Shown one piece after another: positions 43,401 to 55,609 of a stretch of DNA of 64,000 bases. How positions within the stretch are numbered: the stretch's first letter is position 1; every line of letters begins with the position of its first letter. A program made the translations under genes and the position numbers. The DNA is taken from the NCBI RefSeq assembly GCF_000150275.1, contig NW_002060967.1, positions 248,001 to 312,000 on the forward strand, read 5' to 3'. Source of the stretch: Trichoplax adhaerens. Its lineage: Eukaryota > Animalia > Placozoa. Below the pieces are notes generated by a model. The model worked only from the letters and a program-made list of their open reading frames with translations, had not been told where the DNA came from and did not search any database.

Positions 43401-43637
43401 CGTAATAATCCAGGCTTTCGAGAATTTAAGCATCTACAAGATTTGGTTGTATCACTTCATTCTCAACAAGATAGGTGGTCTCAACAGATGGATGGCTTGC
43501 AAAAGTCCATAGAACGCATCGATAACCATTTAAGTGGTATGTCAAATCGTCAGGTACTAACGCCCTTTCGTTTAGTATGGATTTTATTATCAATTTTTGT
43601 TGGACTTACTGCATCATTGGCGGCGTATTATTTTTGA
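34478..43637 (+). CDS. OSBPL8: Oxysterol-binding protein-related protein 5/8 (PH domain, ORD, coiled coil, C-terminal TM anchor)
   Basis: In-phase exons: 37451-37513, 37915-37978, 38206-38316, 38710-38795, 38873-38908, 39124-39225, 39358-39438, 39612-39734, 39827-39911, 40006-40165, 40355-40391, 40495-40534, 40631-40707, 40791-40856, 40942-41054, 41240-41420, 41526-41622, 41762-41860, 42034-42131, 42304-42429, 42530-42630, 42722-42764, 42868-43013, 43160-43637. Motifs: [64 protein letters not shown] and a hydrophobic tail. Start is uncertain: candidate exon MDDDG at 34478-34492, or ATG 37466. Co-ortholog of OSBPL5/OSBPL8. Confidence 0.95.
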
Positions 43638-46529
43638 AATATTTTTTCAGTTTTAAATTCAGTTACTACCGCAATATTTTATTATTCTAGCCTGTGGATC
43701 ACTTTTTAAAAGTATTACTGTATAGACCGATATTGAAAAGAATATTTTATGTATCTATGCCACCTGAGATCCTAGCAGTGCATCATACGAGTACAATAGA
43801 AGCAATTAAATACATGTTATCCTCGCTGCAAAAATTAACGATGATCTGCTTCTAATCATTCTATACATTATTGTAAAAGCACATTATGACTATTATTTGT
43901 TAATATATTCTGGTCTATAAGAATTTTCGTATTTGGTAATACAGCAATTGTTTACAACTTTACTGTACGGGTTTATAACACGATTTAGATTCAACTACAG
44001 AATGTCGCGATAGCGATTTAAAATTTAAGGACTGGGTTCTTTGCAAAATTATTACATTATTGTTGGATTTTATTTTTGACTTTCATATAAATAAGTCATA
44101 TAGTGTATATGCAGTGTGATAAAGCATTCGTTGCTCGATTGCATTTATGACAATCTGTTTTGCGGCTTAACTAGTGTATAATATTGCTACAACTTGAGTG
44201 TTACAGGTATTAATTAATAGTTGTGATACAATTTTAATTTTTATGAAATCAAATTTGCCATGTGGTAATTAATTTATTTATTCTTATTTTATCCATGTTA
44301 TTTGTATGGGAAGCATAGTAATAAATAAAAACTGATTTAAGTCTTTTCACTCTAATACTAATTCTCGGAATTATGTGTATGTTTGTTAAGATAGATCTAT
44401 CTCTATATGAATAAAAATTTCTGAAATTCTTTTTACTTATCTCTTTTATATGTCAGTTTCTCGACCCAAAGCATGTTTATCTATGTATGTTGCCTAGTAA
44501 ATGATTGTATTTAATTAGTATTTAAGATTTATGATTACAGCTTATGGTACTAGCATGTTATTGCTCGGATAAGATAGTAAAATGACATCAAGGCTTTGCG
44601 TGTGTTCATGGTTAAGTACAGCGTCACCGATTCCGCATTAATATTACCACTTATCGATGAACGTAATTTTTATTTTGCATTTATCACCGATAATTATTTG
44701 TGTACACACAGCCTATGATACCTGATGAATATATGATACACATGGAATATTCAGCATAAAACTAATCTGTCAAGGTGAAGAGCAGTTGTTTAGGTGCACG
44801 TATTCGCAGTTAGGTTACAATTCTGTAACCTATATTATATTGACGCGTTAAAAGTTGCTTTACAGTATACCTCATTGCTTATTCCAAATTTAAGACTTGG
44901 ACTTTCTACAGTAATACACATTGCAAATATATCAGTGTATTGATAAGGACTAATAATCCAATTAGTTTAGAATCATATATTGTCTGTTCATTAACTAGAC
45001 ACAGTCGTATAAGAACTCAATTATTTTCACTTACGGATTAATATTGTAAGCTATAAATTTTCTTTTATTTTGTATTTATTTACATTATACTATTACCTTG
45101 ATCATACTGAAGTATCATAAAGAGAATAATGATATGAATGGATACAACTAGATCTTTCGATATTGCAGTATACTCCGAAACATTGGTTATAATAACCAAG
45201 TATTTATTACTAATAAAATGTAAATCTTTTTATATTATGCAAAAGCGATAAATCTGTAAATGGCGAAGGTAATTCCTGCTATTGACGTCTGTAGTTGGCA
45301 GTATCGTATTACTGACTTCTGTTTGTAAACGTGTATATTTACAGTATATCATTATATCTAGTAATTCTAAATTCGAATATTTTATGAATTATTGTTACTG
45401 CACATATCAAACTAGATTATTAATAGTATTTGGCTAAATTTAAAAATGAGCTTGTCATGTATAAATAAAAAAATTTCACAATTTCATGCTAATAGCGTCT
45501 ATTCTTATACACCACAAAAATTGGCGCACTATATTGATCTACTGTACATATGAAACTAAATTATTGGTAGTATTTGGCTAACTTTTAAAATGAGTTTATC
45601 TTGTAAATATGAAAGAGATTCATAGATTTCATGCTGGTAGCATCTATTCTTGAATACTGCAAAAATTTGTGTACTAGATGCGTATTGATCACTAAGATGA
45701 AATACAGCCCTTATGATAAATCAGTTACACTTTCAAAAATTTTAATCTGCTTTTTAGCACAGAGGTAGCTTCAATATCAATAAATTTATTAATCGTTAAA
45801 GCTAATAACTTAAATTTAAATGGATAAAATAATTGTTGAGATTTCGTAACACTAAAGTTATTATTCAATCGCAAGACGTAAACTTAAAATAAAATTACAA
45901 TATAGAATCGAGTTTTACAGCAACATTATAATTGAAACTAACTTATCAAAAAGGATGTTAAGATTTTTACATTATTTATATCTCCGTCTAAAACAAATTC
46001 TTATAGGATAAATATATATCAGCGAAAAAATTATTCACAAAAATCTAGTCTATTATAATTGATATTATTATAAAATAAAAAACTAGATAGGGATTCGATC
46101 TTTAGGAAATAATAAAGTTATATGAGATAGAATTTTGTGTGCGATTATTTATTATTCTTGTGTTATTTTTTACAAAGCTGTAATAGGAATTGATATGATT
46201 GTACATTTTGTGAAAGTATCAGAGTAATACTTCAAAGATGATGTGGCATATAGAATGGAAAAGGTTGATTTAGCAATTATTCAAAACCGAGTTACAACTA
46301 GTAATACATGCTTATAATAATCATTTACAGTTAGCGATATTGTGACCATCACGATAGATTTTTTAAGGTAGTGTTCATATATATGTACGTATCCCGCAAC
46401 ATCTATCTAGAGTACAGAAGTTACGTACTATCTGAAGTAATAGAAGTAGTTTAGGATAAATGTAAAGAAGGGGTAGAAAAATAAATATGTGATTTCATAG
46501 TTTCGACAATATCGATTAACATAAAAGGT

Positions 46530-47357
46530 TTATTCTTCTATTTGTTGATTATCATTTAAGGTTATGATTATGTTTGATTCGCGACTGGTACCCGCTGACC
46601 TTTGATTGGATTTTTTCTTTTTTAAACTAGAATTCATTAAGGGCTTCGATGATACTCTTGCAGATAAAGGTAAATTTGAAATTTGTAATCCAAGCACAGA
46701 GTTTGCTGCTTTATCTGCTTGTCTTATTTCGTCTTTACGTTGATTATTATTTAGATGATAGCTTACTCTTTTCTTGCCTTGTGTCGATTTATAGGGAATA
46801 GAATAAGATATAACACGACCTTGGCTATTAATTGGAGGCATTCTACCATCAGTTTGAAATTTTAACAATTTATAATCGATACGTTGATAGCGATCGTTAT
46901 TATTTGATGCAATCGTGTTTTTTTGTTTCTTTGCGATTTGTCTTTCGTAATGGCTGATGTTATTTTCACCAACCCATGCCACATACGGCAGTTTAATAGG
47001 ATAAAGTTGAGCTATCAGGTCTGTTATATCACGATGTTTACCTTTTGGACTAGTTGTATTATAGCTATCTTCATTATCAAGTAAATCATCGTTATCTAAT
47101 GTCTCCTGATCAACGTAAAATTCTTTCCAAATATTACCGTGATAACCATTCCCATTGAGATCTGCGTCCTTGCTATATCGAATCTTTTCTTGACTGGCTT
47201 TCATCCATTTTGCATATATAGGAGAAATTTTACCACTCGCTCTCGTTGAGAATTCACTACGTAACCAACTTGATGAATTTAATTGGCTATCTAAAATCTT
47301 TTTCTTAGGTAAATACGTTTTATCCGTTCTTGGTTGAAATGCAGCCATTTTTGCCAT
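46530..47357 (-). CDS. Uncharacterised basic 275-aa protein with single-exon CDS, possibly ciliary
   Basis: 828-bp open frame in AT-rich DNA, good ATG context (atcATGG), an acceptor-like aaaatag ~12 nt upstream, and an X-box ~700 bp upstream. No domain recognised. Confidence 0.78.
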   Translation of the reverse strand: MAKMAAFQPRTDKTYLPKKKILDSQLNSSSWLRSEFSTRASGKISPIYAKWMKASQEKIRYSKDADLNGNGYHGNIWKEFYVDQETLDNDDLLDNEDSYNTTSPKGKHRDITDLIAQLYPIKLPYVAWVGENNISHYERQIAKKQKNTIASNNNDRYQRIDYKLLKFQTDGRMPPINSQGRVISYSIPYKSTQGKKRVSYHLNNNQRKDEIRQADKAANSVLGLQISNLPLSARVSSKPLMNSSLKKKKSNQRSAGTSRESNIIITLNDNQQIEE

Positions 47358-48056
47358 GATGATTTGATTCTATTTTTAAACGTCGATTTATTCATTAAAG
47401 TTAGTTTAGGCCATATTTACTTTAATTAAAAACTAATAGGTTAAGCGATAACGACGAATTTATAGTTAAAAACTCGATACGATAATTCAATTGAATAAAT
47501 TACTAGAAGACGTAGAATAATATTTTCGTAGGAGTAAAAAGAAACAAAATTTAACTGGTATCAGTCATCACTTTTTCTGCTGAACTTAATCTGTTTGATT
47601 TATGAGTTTATCGATTTGATTTCTATATTATTAATCATAAAAAATAACTGGGGTATTCCAATTCAAAGGTAAAAGTAAAAGTTTTCTAGAGAATTTTTCG
47701 TATTCTTTCGCTGCCATAGGATAGTGAGGTAGGACTGCGACGAAATTACAATACTATTATTTTACTCTTAATAATTAAGTAATATGTACTTAAAAATTAA
47801 TTTAATCATTATACTTTACAAGGCAACCTTTGACTAATGGTGCTTTTAATCCTATAACGTAGAATTCGTCACTTACATCGATGCTTGAATGGAAGATGAA
47901 ATATTAATCCATGGTGGCCATAAAAGATTCTTTACTGGTATTCAAGATTGAGAAATGTCTTTTCCATATCCAATACAGTTAATGCCTCTGGTAGCTTCTT
48001 CATAGGTTGTTTACTAAAACTAAATTCACGCGATTATCCGATTTACTCTTTAGTCA

Positions 48057-48070
48057 GTTGCTATAGAAAC
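48057..48070. promoter_or_regulatory. RFX X-box
   Basis: GTTGCTATAGAAAC fits the X-box consensus GTTNCY-AT-RGNAAC. Confidence 0.7.
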
Positions 48071-48429
48071 CGACTGCCTGCGGTTAAGATGGATTTGATT
48101 TACCGTCTACTGTAGACAATAGACATGCTTAAACTGCCCTCCAATCTATCTTAATTCTACTGTAGTTCTCATCACTTGCTCTACCCGCTAATATTACCAT
48201 GTGATAGTTCTTTTAGTGTATTGTAAGAGTGCTCGTATGTACCGCAAGTTCCTAACTCAAGAAATTATACGGTCGCTGATCACCGCTCTTAGTGTGGTTT
48301 ACTGTATTCAAGATTCATTTAATATTGAATTCTAGAGTACATTTGATGAAGGCCTACAACCTGCCTTAATTCTACAGTATAGTACCCATCGTATTTTATT
48401 ATGCCCATATTTGCCAGCATGACAGTATT

Positions 48430-49180
48430 ATGCTGCATTATGTCTGCAGTAGGCTCTTACTCCTACACTATTATAATTTGCTGATGGCGCCTCTTGATAG
48501 TAGGGGCTATCATACGGATACTCGATACTCTTTAATCATTTTCACTTCTTGAGAGTATCTCAGTAGTAGATTGTAAAATGTAAATGCCCTAATATACGTC
48601 TTGAGGCCTTGATTTAGTTCCATCACCAACATGATGAAGTATTTACCACTAATCAATTCTGTCCATTATCAGAAATAATGGCATTAGTTACTACTCAGTT
48701 AAAACCCATGTGTAATTTACGAATAGATTCTGTTGTATAAGTAGATCAAATGCCTCTATATCTACACTATTATAATTAGCTAGTAATGCCTGCTGATAGT
48801 AAGATACCATACAGATACTCAATACTCCCTGATCATTTATATTGAAAAATGGATTTCTTGAAATTATTTCCGTAGCAGATTTACAGAATGATGATCTATC
48901 AAATAAGTATTAAGATCTCCATTTAATTTCATCACTAATATGGTGAAGTATTACCATTAAATCAAGTCTTGTCCATTATCAGGCATAGTGGTATTATTCG
49001 CTATTCCGTTAATATGTAATCTACGCGTAGAGTGATATAAGTAGATCAAACAATATCAGAAATTATAGCAGATTTTAGCCAATTCTTGTCTATCATCAGA
49101 AGCTATGGCGCTATTCACAATTCAGTTAATATGTAATTTACGCATAGAGTGGTTTAAGTAGGTCAAATAATGTCAGAAAT
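48430..49180. repeat. Degenerate ~300-bp duplication plus ~116-bp sub-repeats between the two promoters
   Basis: ctacactattataatt at ~48463 and ~48762; gtc(c/t)at(t/c)atcag...atgtaat(c/t)tacg at ~48661, ~48971 and ~49088. Confidence 0.8.
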
Positions 49181-49322
49181 TACAGCTAATTACTATTATT
49201 GATATGATTTACTCTCCTCAAGGTCTATTTATTGTCTTTCGATAGCAAAGCCTATACCAAGTAGCATACAGCTAGTAATCAGCACTTAGAGCTAGCTATA
49301 GCCATGATATTGCAGCGGCGTC

Positions 49323-49336
49323 ATTACCATGGCAAC
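49323..49336. promoter_or_regulatory. RFX X-box
   Basis: ATTACCATGGCAAC (reverse complement GTTGCCATGGTAAT) has one perfect half-site and lies just upstream of 5' UTR donor sites at ~49494 and 49729. Confidence 0.7.
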
Positions 49337-49817
49337 TAGAACACAATACCATCTACTTAACGTTGATAGACACATGATATTGTTATGATTATTTACAATA
49401 TTTTCCTAATTATTAGTTATTAAATTTGGAGGAGCTATAAAACCAAGTTCAAGCGAGTTGTGTAGAAATTTTAAAACCATTTATTGCTGAGGAGTAAGTT
49501 TATAAGCAGTTTATGGTGCCGCAATTGGTGTTTAACTTTATACTTCATCTTGGGTTAATAAGCAAAGGACGTTCCAACGTTATGGAGCGAAATCTATGCT
49601 GCTATAGTTTACATGAAGATATAGAATATGGTGTTAAATTATAACTGGAAACTTTCTACTATCACTATCGTCTAGGCTAATGCGCTGGTGAATATTGATC
49701 AAGTATAATTTTCTGAACCACTTCTATGGTAAGTTGCAAGTCATTATAGTAAACTACTGCCAACACAAGGAATAATTGAATCGTTTATTGGCCATGGGGA
49801 CTGAAACTTTCCTTAGC

Positions 49818-51047
49818 ATGATACTCGATACGCCAACTGATGATCTTGTAGCATCTGAAAGTGTGGATCATGCAAAAAACGATTCTTACAAAGGTAGTGA
49901 CGTTCACGAAAAATATATCGATGAGGCTTCTTTCGTCAGCAATAACTTAACAAGTGCAAATATAGAATTAAGTAAAGACGAAATTAAAACAGTTCTCATC
50001 CAATCCTATTTATCACCAAGGACTGGCTATGGAAAATATAACTTAGTTGGAACGCTGACTCAGGAAATTAATAATTTACTATCTAAGAAAAAAGTTAAAC
50101 GCAAAAATCATAGGAAAAAGAAGAGAATTCTTCCGATGGATAATCAAGAACAGAATCAAAATAGAGCAGCTCATAAAGAGAAAAAATCATTAAACAAACA
50201 ATCCGTTGACAAATCAATTAAGAAAGAAGATGATGATGCTTCAGTTGTAAAAAAAGAGTGGATACCTAGCGATCATAGGCTTGATAATACTAAGAATGAA
50301 TACATTCTTGCTTGGATTAGACAGAAAGATGAAATTGCCCTTAAGAAAAGGCAGGAAATAAAAAAGGAACGTAAACAGAAGAAATTAAGCAAGGAGGAAA
50401 GGCTGATACAATCTGAAGTTAGAGAACGACAAGCAAAAACTTCATTTAAACGTTGGCTGCGTATAAAAAAGCGAGAAGAAAAATCAGCTAATCCTGTCAA
50501 TAACTCATCATCTGTACTCTCCGAGAAACAAGTTGTAGCTACTCCACAAGAAAGTAATCAAGATGTTGACGTCAATCATGACAATGATCAAGTTAATGAA
50601 AAATATGGCCAACAGGATGAACAAGCCCATGTTGAAAAGGCATCAGTATCATCGTCGAAACACCAAGAGACCCCATTAAAAAAGGAAACGAGTAAAGTTA
50701 ATCAACGAAGGCGTAAGAAGAAAGCGAAAGCTAAAGTAAAGGATGAAGCTAAACAATCAAGTTCTAGCAATTCGCAAAATCATCTTGCGATTCGTAATGA
50801 CGATATATCAAAAAAACGTATTTCATATGATGAATGGTTGAAACAGAAAAGCATGGAAGACAATATGAAAAAGAAGATGGATAAAAATAAGGATAGCTCT
50901 TATGATGAAGAAACAAGTCAATTAATAAGTAAAGTAGCCAAGAAAAGAATGTTAAATATATTAGCAAGTAAAAAGAAAGTAGACTGTGGTCAACATTTGG
51001 ATAAAGTGAAAAAAACGTTGGACAATCCGTATAGCCACAAGTATTGA
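49818..51047 (+). CDS. Lys/Glu-rich coiled-coil protein, CCDC181/MAP9/CCDC34-like microtubule or cilia-associated
   Basis: ~410-aa open frame with three W-x-x-x-K helical motifs (ILAWIRQKDE, SFKRWLRIKKRE, SYDEWLKQK), as recalled for this group. Start is likely ATG 49818, after acceptor ttccttag (intron 49729-49816); ATG 49794 is the alternative. Confidence 0.7.
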   Translation: MILDTPTDDLVASESVDHAKNDSYKGSDVHEKYIDEASFVSNNLTSANIELSKDEIKTVLIQSYLSPRTGYGKYNLVGTLTQEINNLLSKKKVKRKNHRKKKRILPMDNQEQNQNRAAHKEKKSLNKQSVDKSIKKEDDDASVVKKEWIPSDHRLDNTKNEYILAWIRQKDEIALKKRQEIKKERKQKKLSKEERLIQSEVRERQAKTSFKRWLRIKKREEKSANPVNNSSSVLSEKQVVATPQESNQDVDVNHDNDQVNEKYGQQDEQAHVEKASVSSSKHQETPLKKETSKVNQRRRKKKAKAKVKDEAKQSSSSNSQNHLAIRNDDISKKRISYDEWLKQKSMEDNMKKKMDKNKDSSYDEETSQLISKVAKKRMLNILASKKKVDCGQHLDKVKKTLDNPYSHKY

Positions 51048-52614
51048 TTTCAGAGTAGTTATATGAGCTGTATAAATTGCGTAAAATCGTATCATTCTCC
51101 TATGCTATAGGCGTATACCATAGAATGTTTGCCATTTAGTAATTAAATTTTATAGTTGATTAATTTCTCGTTCGATAATACTGTAGATCGTGTACGAAAT
51201 TTTTCAAGTCATTGTCATAAATATTTGGTTCGAACATATTAGTAAATGTATAATTTGGCTATAATTAGATATTGCCATCACATAGGATATTCAATGCATC
51301 GTTCTCTCAAATACTAACATATACTATATGACTATTAATAGCAATATTTATTTCTTACTTATTGTAACTGTAGTTGCTCTAATTAAACTGTCACGTGCGA
51401 CATTCGCAATATCCATGTAATATGGTCATGGCAAGCAGTAAGTTATTAGATTGTGCTTATTTTTGTAAATTAAATCAAACAATAATGAATACATGGACGT
51501 TAATTGCCTTTAATTAATCTTTTACTGAAAAGCTGTTGTTGTCGCTTTTAATATATTGACATTCGGCATCATAAAAATCTCAACCTGCAATATTAGCGTA
51601 ATTAGAATAGGTTGATAATTATAAATATATACCGAAGACAAATTCCTATTTATAAATTATAACAAGAATTGATTTATTACTGATGAGATATCTATCTTTT
51701 TATTATCAATAATTGCTGCACTGCTTCATGAAGTTACCATGATTCTGCTTTGACTTACTAGTCGTATTTCTGTCATTTAAATTATACAATTCTAATATAT
51801 ATAAGCTTTACAACAGTGTGACTACGGTCACTATTTCATGAATTCTTATTATTCTAATCACAATTATTTTGTAAAGGAGCAGCTGTCTAAGCTGATATTT
51901 AATATTATATTTTAAGTATTGACTTCAAAGATCTCCAAACTTGTACTATTTAGGTATATAAAATGAAATAATAGCAATTCATATCAATGTCCTAATTTGA
52001 CATACAGTATAACCACATATTTTAATCTCCATTCTATTTTCTACATGATATTAATTACAGTCAATAGACAGGGTACATTCCTACAGCATTAAAGCTAATT
52101 CTTTTATGGAGAAATTACAGTACTATTGGAGATTAATCGATACAATATAAAATCTTGCTGTTGTAAATTATTTTTTCTTTATTTTTGTATTCTAATGTTT
52201 AATTACTGCCACTAACTTTATACTAATATTGCATTCGATGACGATCAAATTGTAACCAATTTTAGCTGTACTTCATTGGCATAATGCATTATCATATCGA
52301 ATTGGTTCAGATGAAATGACTATCACTACTACATTTATTAATTGTACATATTATTCAAGATTGAAAATTGAACGTTTTATAAGTAAATAAAAACTAATTC
52401 TCATACACTATCCATTATCAAATGATAACAGTGATGAAATTATTCGTTTTATATGTTGACGCCATAAATTATCGTCATTATAGTAATCTGTCAAGAAAGA
52501 GCTATATAATCAGTTGCATCCATCCATAAGGTTGTTTCATTAACGTTATAGAACATCATTAAAGATATCGGCTAGGCATTTCAATATTGGTCAACTCTAT
52601 ATTAGTAAACGTAC

Positions 52615-53343
52615 TTAAACATAATTTAAAATATCAGCTAGACTTTTTAATGTTCTTACATTAGTTGGGAGAGTATTATTAGCGTTAGGAGTTAAGTTAG
52701 GATCACTTTGTCGTTGCACTAAGTAGGAAATCATACCAGCCTTTTCCGCTGGATAGTAGTCTACTTCGAGACTGTCACCAATGTAAGCACATTGATGAGC
52801 TGGTATATCTGGTAAATCTCGAAGTGCATAGTGAAATATGCCTAGGTCCGGCTTTGCATGACCCGCTGCTACACATGTAATAACTTTATCAAAGTAATGG
52901 TTAAGCTTTAACTTTGGGAGTAGATCATGTAGACGCTGATCAAAGTTCGAAATAATGCCTAGTGGTAATTGTTTTTCTTTCAATTTTATTAAGGTTGGTT
53001 CAACATCGGGATAGACAGACCATGAAGGAGAAGACCGATATTGGGTCCATAAACGTTCAAAAGCGGTGTCGATCTTGGATTGGCATTTTAAACCGGAATC
53101 TGACAGAGTATGAGTGACAAGTTGATGCCACCATTCTTTGGCTGTAATACCAGACGATTGGCCAAAATTAGGCTTGGTTTTATTGAACTGTTTCCAGTAA
53201 ATTTCGAAATGACGATTGATTGTACTCGGAGGCATTTGTATTTGGAATAGCTTGAAGATTGCTTCCGCGTATTGTTCACCTGCTGATGAGCGTACGCCAA
53301 ATAAAGTGTTTGTAGCATCAAAAAATATCCACCTTAAAGGCAT
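52615..53343 (-). CDS. HDHD3: Haloacid dehalogenase-like hydrolase domain-containing protein 3 (REG-2-like), 242 aa
   Basis: Single exon from ATG 53343. HAD motifs FFDATNTL, GIISNFDQRL, KPDLGIF and IGDSLEVDY; cap region PNFG...AKEWW is typical of HDHD3. Confidence 0.92.
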   Translation of the reverse strand: MPLRWIFFDATNTLFGVRSSAGEQYAEAIFKLFQIQMPPSTINRHFEIYWKQFNKTKPNFGQSSGITAKEWWHQLVTHTLSDSGLKCQSKIDTAFERLWTQYRSSPSWSVYPDVEPTLIKLKEKQLPLGIISNFDQRLHDLLPKLKLNHYFDKVITCVAAGHAKPDLGIFHYALRDLPDIPAHQCAYIGDSLEVDYYPAEKAGMISYLVQRQSDPNLTPNANNTLPTNVRTLKSLADILNYV

Positions 53344-54719
53344 GATGGTCAATGTTTTAGAGATCCTAAGCAAAAGAATTATAATGGAATAAAGTGTTGG
53401 TTAATTTAAGTCAACTACAATGCTATTGAATGCGTATTTTATGTATAGGAGAACGCCTATCTGTCGTTCTGAAATGCTGGAGCAATTTGATTTGAAAAGT
53501 CAAAGCTGATGGTCTTGAACACAAGTAATTTAATGCATGTTGTTGCAAAATTGCGTCGCAGTGTCCGCATACACCTAGTTGTATCCTACACAGCGATGAG
53601 TGATTTACTACAAACCCATAAGGCGTGTTAATCACTTCAAGCCGTTGCTTACTGCAATATTTAGAGATGCTTATGATGGCAATAATTAATTGGAGCATAC
53701 TTAGGAAAAGTGTGCTCGTAGATCTGTAGCATGTAGCAGCTATCAGTAGTTTGCAGCTAGGATGCACTTAAAAATGTTTGAACATTATGATGGTAACTTG
53801 TACAGGTAATGAAATTACATAACTGCCATAAGAATATACTGTACTGCAATCGAAGTACCATGAATATAGATGTAGGTAATGCAAAGTACAGTAATTTAGG
53901 TGTCTTGGGATAAAGCGACCTATAATTTTGATTGAAATAAAGATTCACTCAAAGAAACGGAATATGCTGCAAATGGATCAAGCAATGTCGTCAGTAAACT
54001 ATGAATAGAATTGACGAGTAGGTCGATGCAATCCGGGCCCTTCTACTGGTTAATTTAATAAGGACTACTACAGTGTAGCATCTCAACTCCACAAACCTGC
54101 TTGTTGCTGCCTATTGGTAACGATTCTTGCTCAATTTTGTACGTAGCAAAGGTTGCTTTTTATTACATGTAAAAACCAGCGTTAATGTGTTGATATTGGT
54201 TATACCAATAACTCTTCAATCTTTCCAAGTCTTTTACTCATCGTTTTCAGGCCTAACTATTTCGCAATTTCTATTTCACTCCCTAGATTATCCAGTGATT
54301 GTAACGGAATTGAAGAGTTCTGTTCAGTAGATTGCAACCAGCAACAGCTTGATCCGTAAACTGTATGAGGTAGTTTGCCGAGTTCACTCTCTTTAAACGC
54401 TATTCTACAGTAAGATTCTGGTTGATCGATAGATCGTGCGGACGGGCATTTACCACAGTACAGGATTGCAGCAATAAAGATTTATCCAATGATTTTGACA
54501 AAGTTTCGTTCTCTATCATGCAAATAACAGCTCAATCCCTCAACGAAACAGATAGATTGCAGTCTTTACTCTATTACATCGATGCCTACTGTAGTCTCGT
54601 TCTGCAAATATGAATTTTTACTGAGTGCAAGCACGCGCACAAGGCGAATCTACTGATTAACTACATCCAGATCGATAGGAACTACACTACAAGTAAAAAC
54701 CCTAACTATAGTTATTTCT

Positions 54720-55012
54720 GCTATCGGATATTGTCGTCGCCTACGCTGCTCTATTTCTTCATTATAAGACAGTAACTGGTGATATCGATTTTAAAATGTT
54801 GTTCAACGAGTAGAGGCAAGACTGCTAATCTTTGATTAAAAATGCCCCCAGCATTGCATTATATTCTGCGATCGGATATTGTAGTCGCCTAAGCGGCTCT
54901 ATTTCTTCATTATAAGACAGTAACTGGTGATATCGATTTTAAAATGTTGTTCAACGAGTAGAGGCAAGACTGTTCATCTTTGATTAAAAAATGTCCCCCA
55001 GCATCGCATTAC
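54720..55012. repeat. Near-identical 148-bp tandem duplication
   Basis: atcggatattgt.gtcgccta...ccccagcat.gcatta starts at 54723 and at 54871. Confidence 0.95.
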
Positions 55013-55609
55013 AGTACAGTAACGACATTGCTTGATAGGCTCCATCTTTAATTAATGTCGGGAAATGGACGTGGAAATACAGAGTTGATATTGACAGAAG
55101 GAATATTCAACTACTTCACGTTACTGTTCGGTGTGAGTGAACTAGCGTTTGCTATTTTCATATTGGTATACGCTGAACTATGCTACCATGTTGGCTACAT
55201 ATTGCACGTAGACGTTAGGAACACGGTTATCGCTGGAAATAGCATGGCGGTTATCAGTAATGCCGAAACCTCTATACAGTCTAGATTGTGGAAAATAAAT
55301 ATCCACTGTACACTCTACATGGATTTTCAATTTCTATTTTACTGTATGTTATAGATCAGTCTTACATTGCGAAATTACAAAGTTAAGCAATGTACGATGT
55401 ATAGCATGCTTGGATAAATTTGACAGCAGAATTATATGCAGATTGGGTTGGAGAGTTATGATTCTTTGGTAGCGAAGGATTTCTCCACGCAGCTTACATA
55501 GAAGAACTACAAAGTCAATTGCATTAATTTGTCTTCAAACACTTCTTTAATTGGCAATGTTAATTACATTCATCTATATCTAGTTTATTCACAAGTAAGA
55601 TGAAAAGGT

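Noticed and set aside
44811-44832. 9-bp hairpin taggttaca-attc-tgtaaccta
   Set aside because: An isolated AT-rich stem of a size expected by chance in 64 kb.
52615-53373. Intronless HAD gene as horizontal transfer, and the 252-aa TTG start
   Set aside because: The sequence is typical animal HDHD3, whose CDS is to my recollection also single-exon in vertebrates. ATG 53343 places motif I at the usual position.
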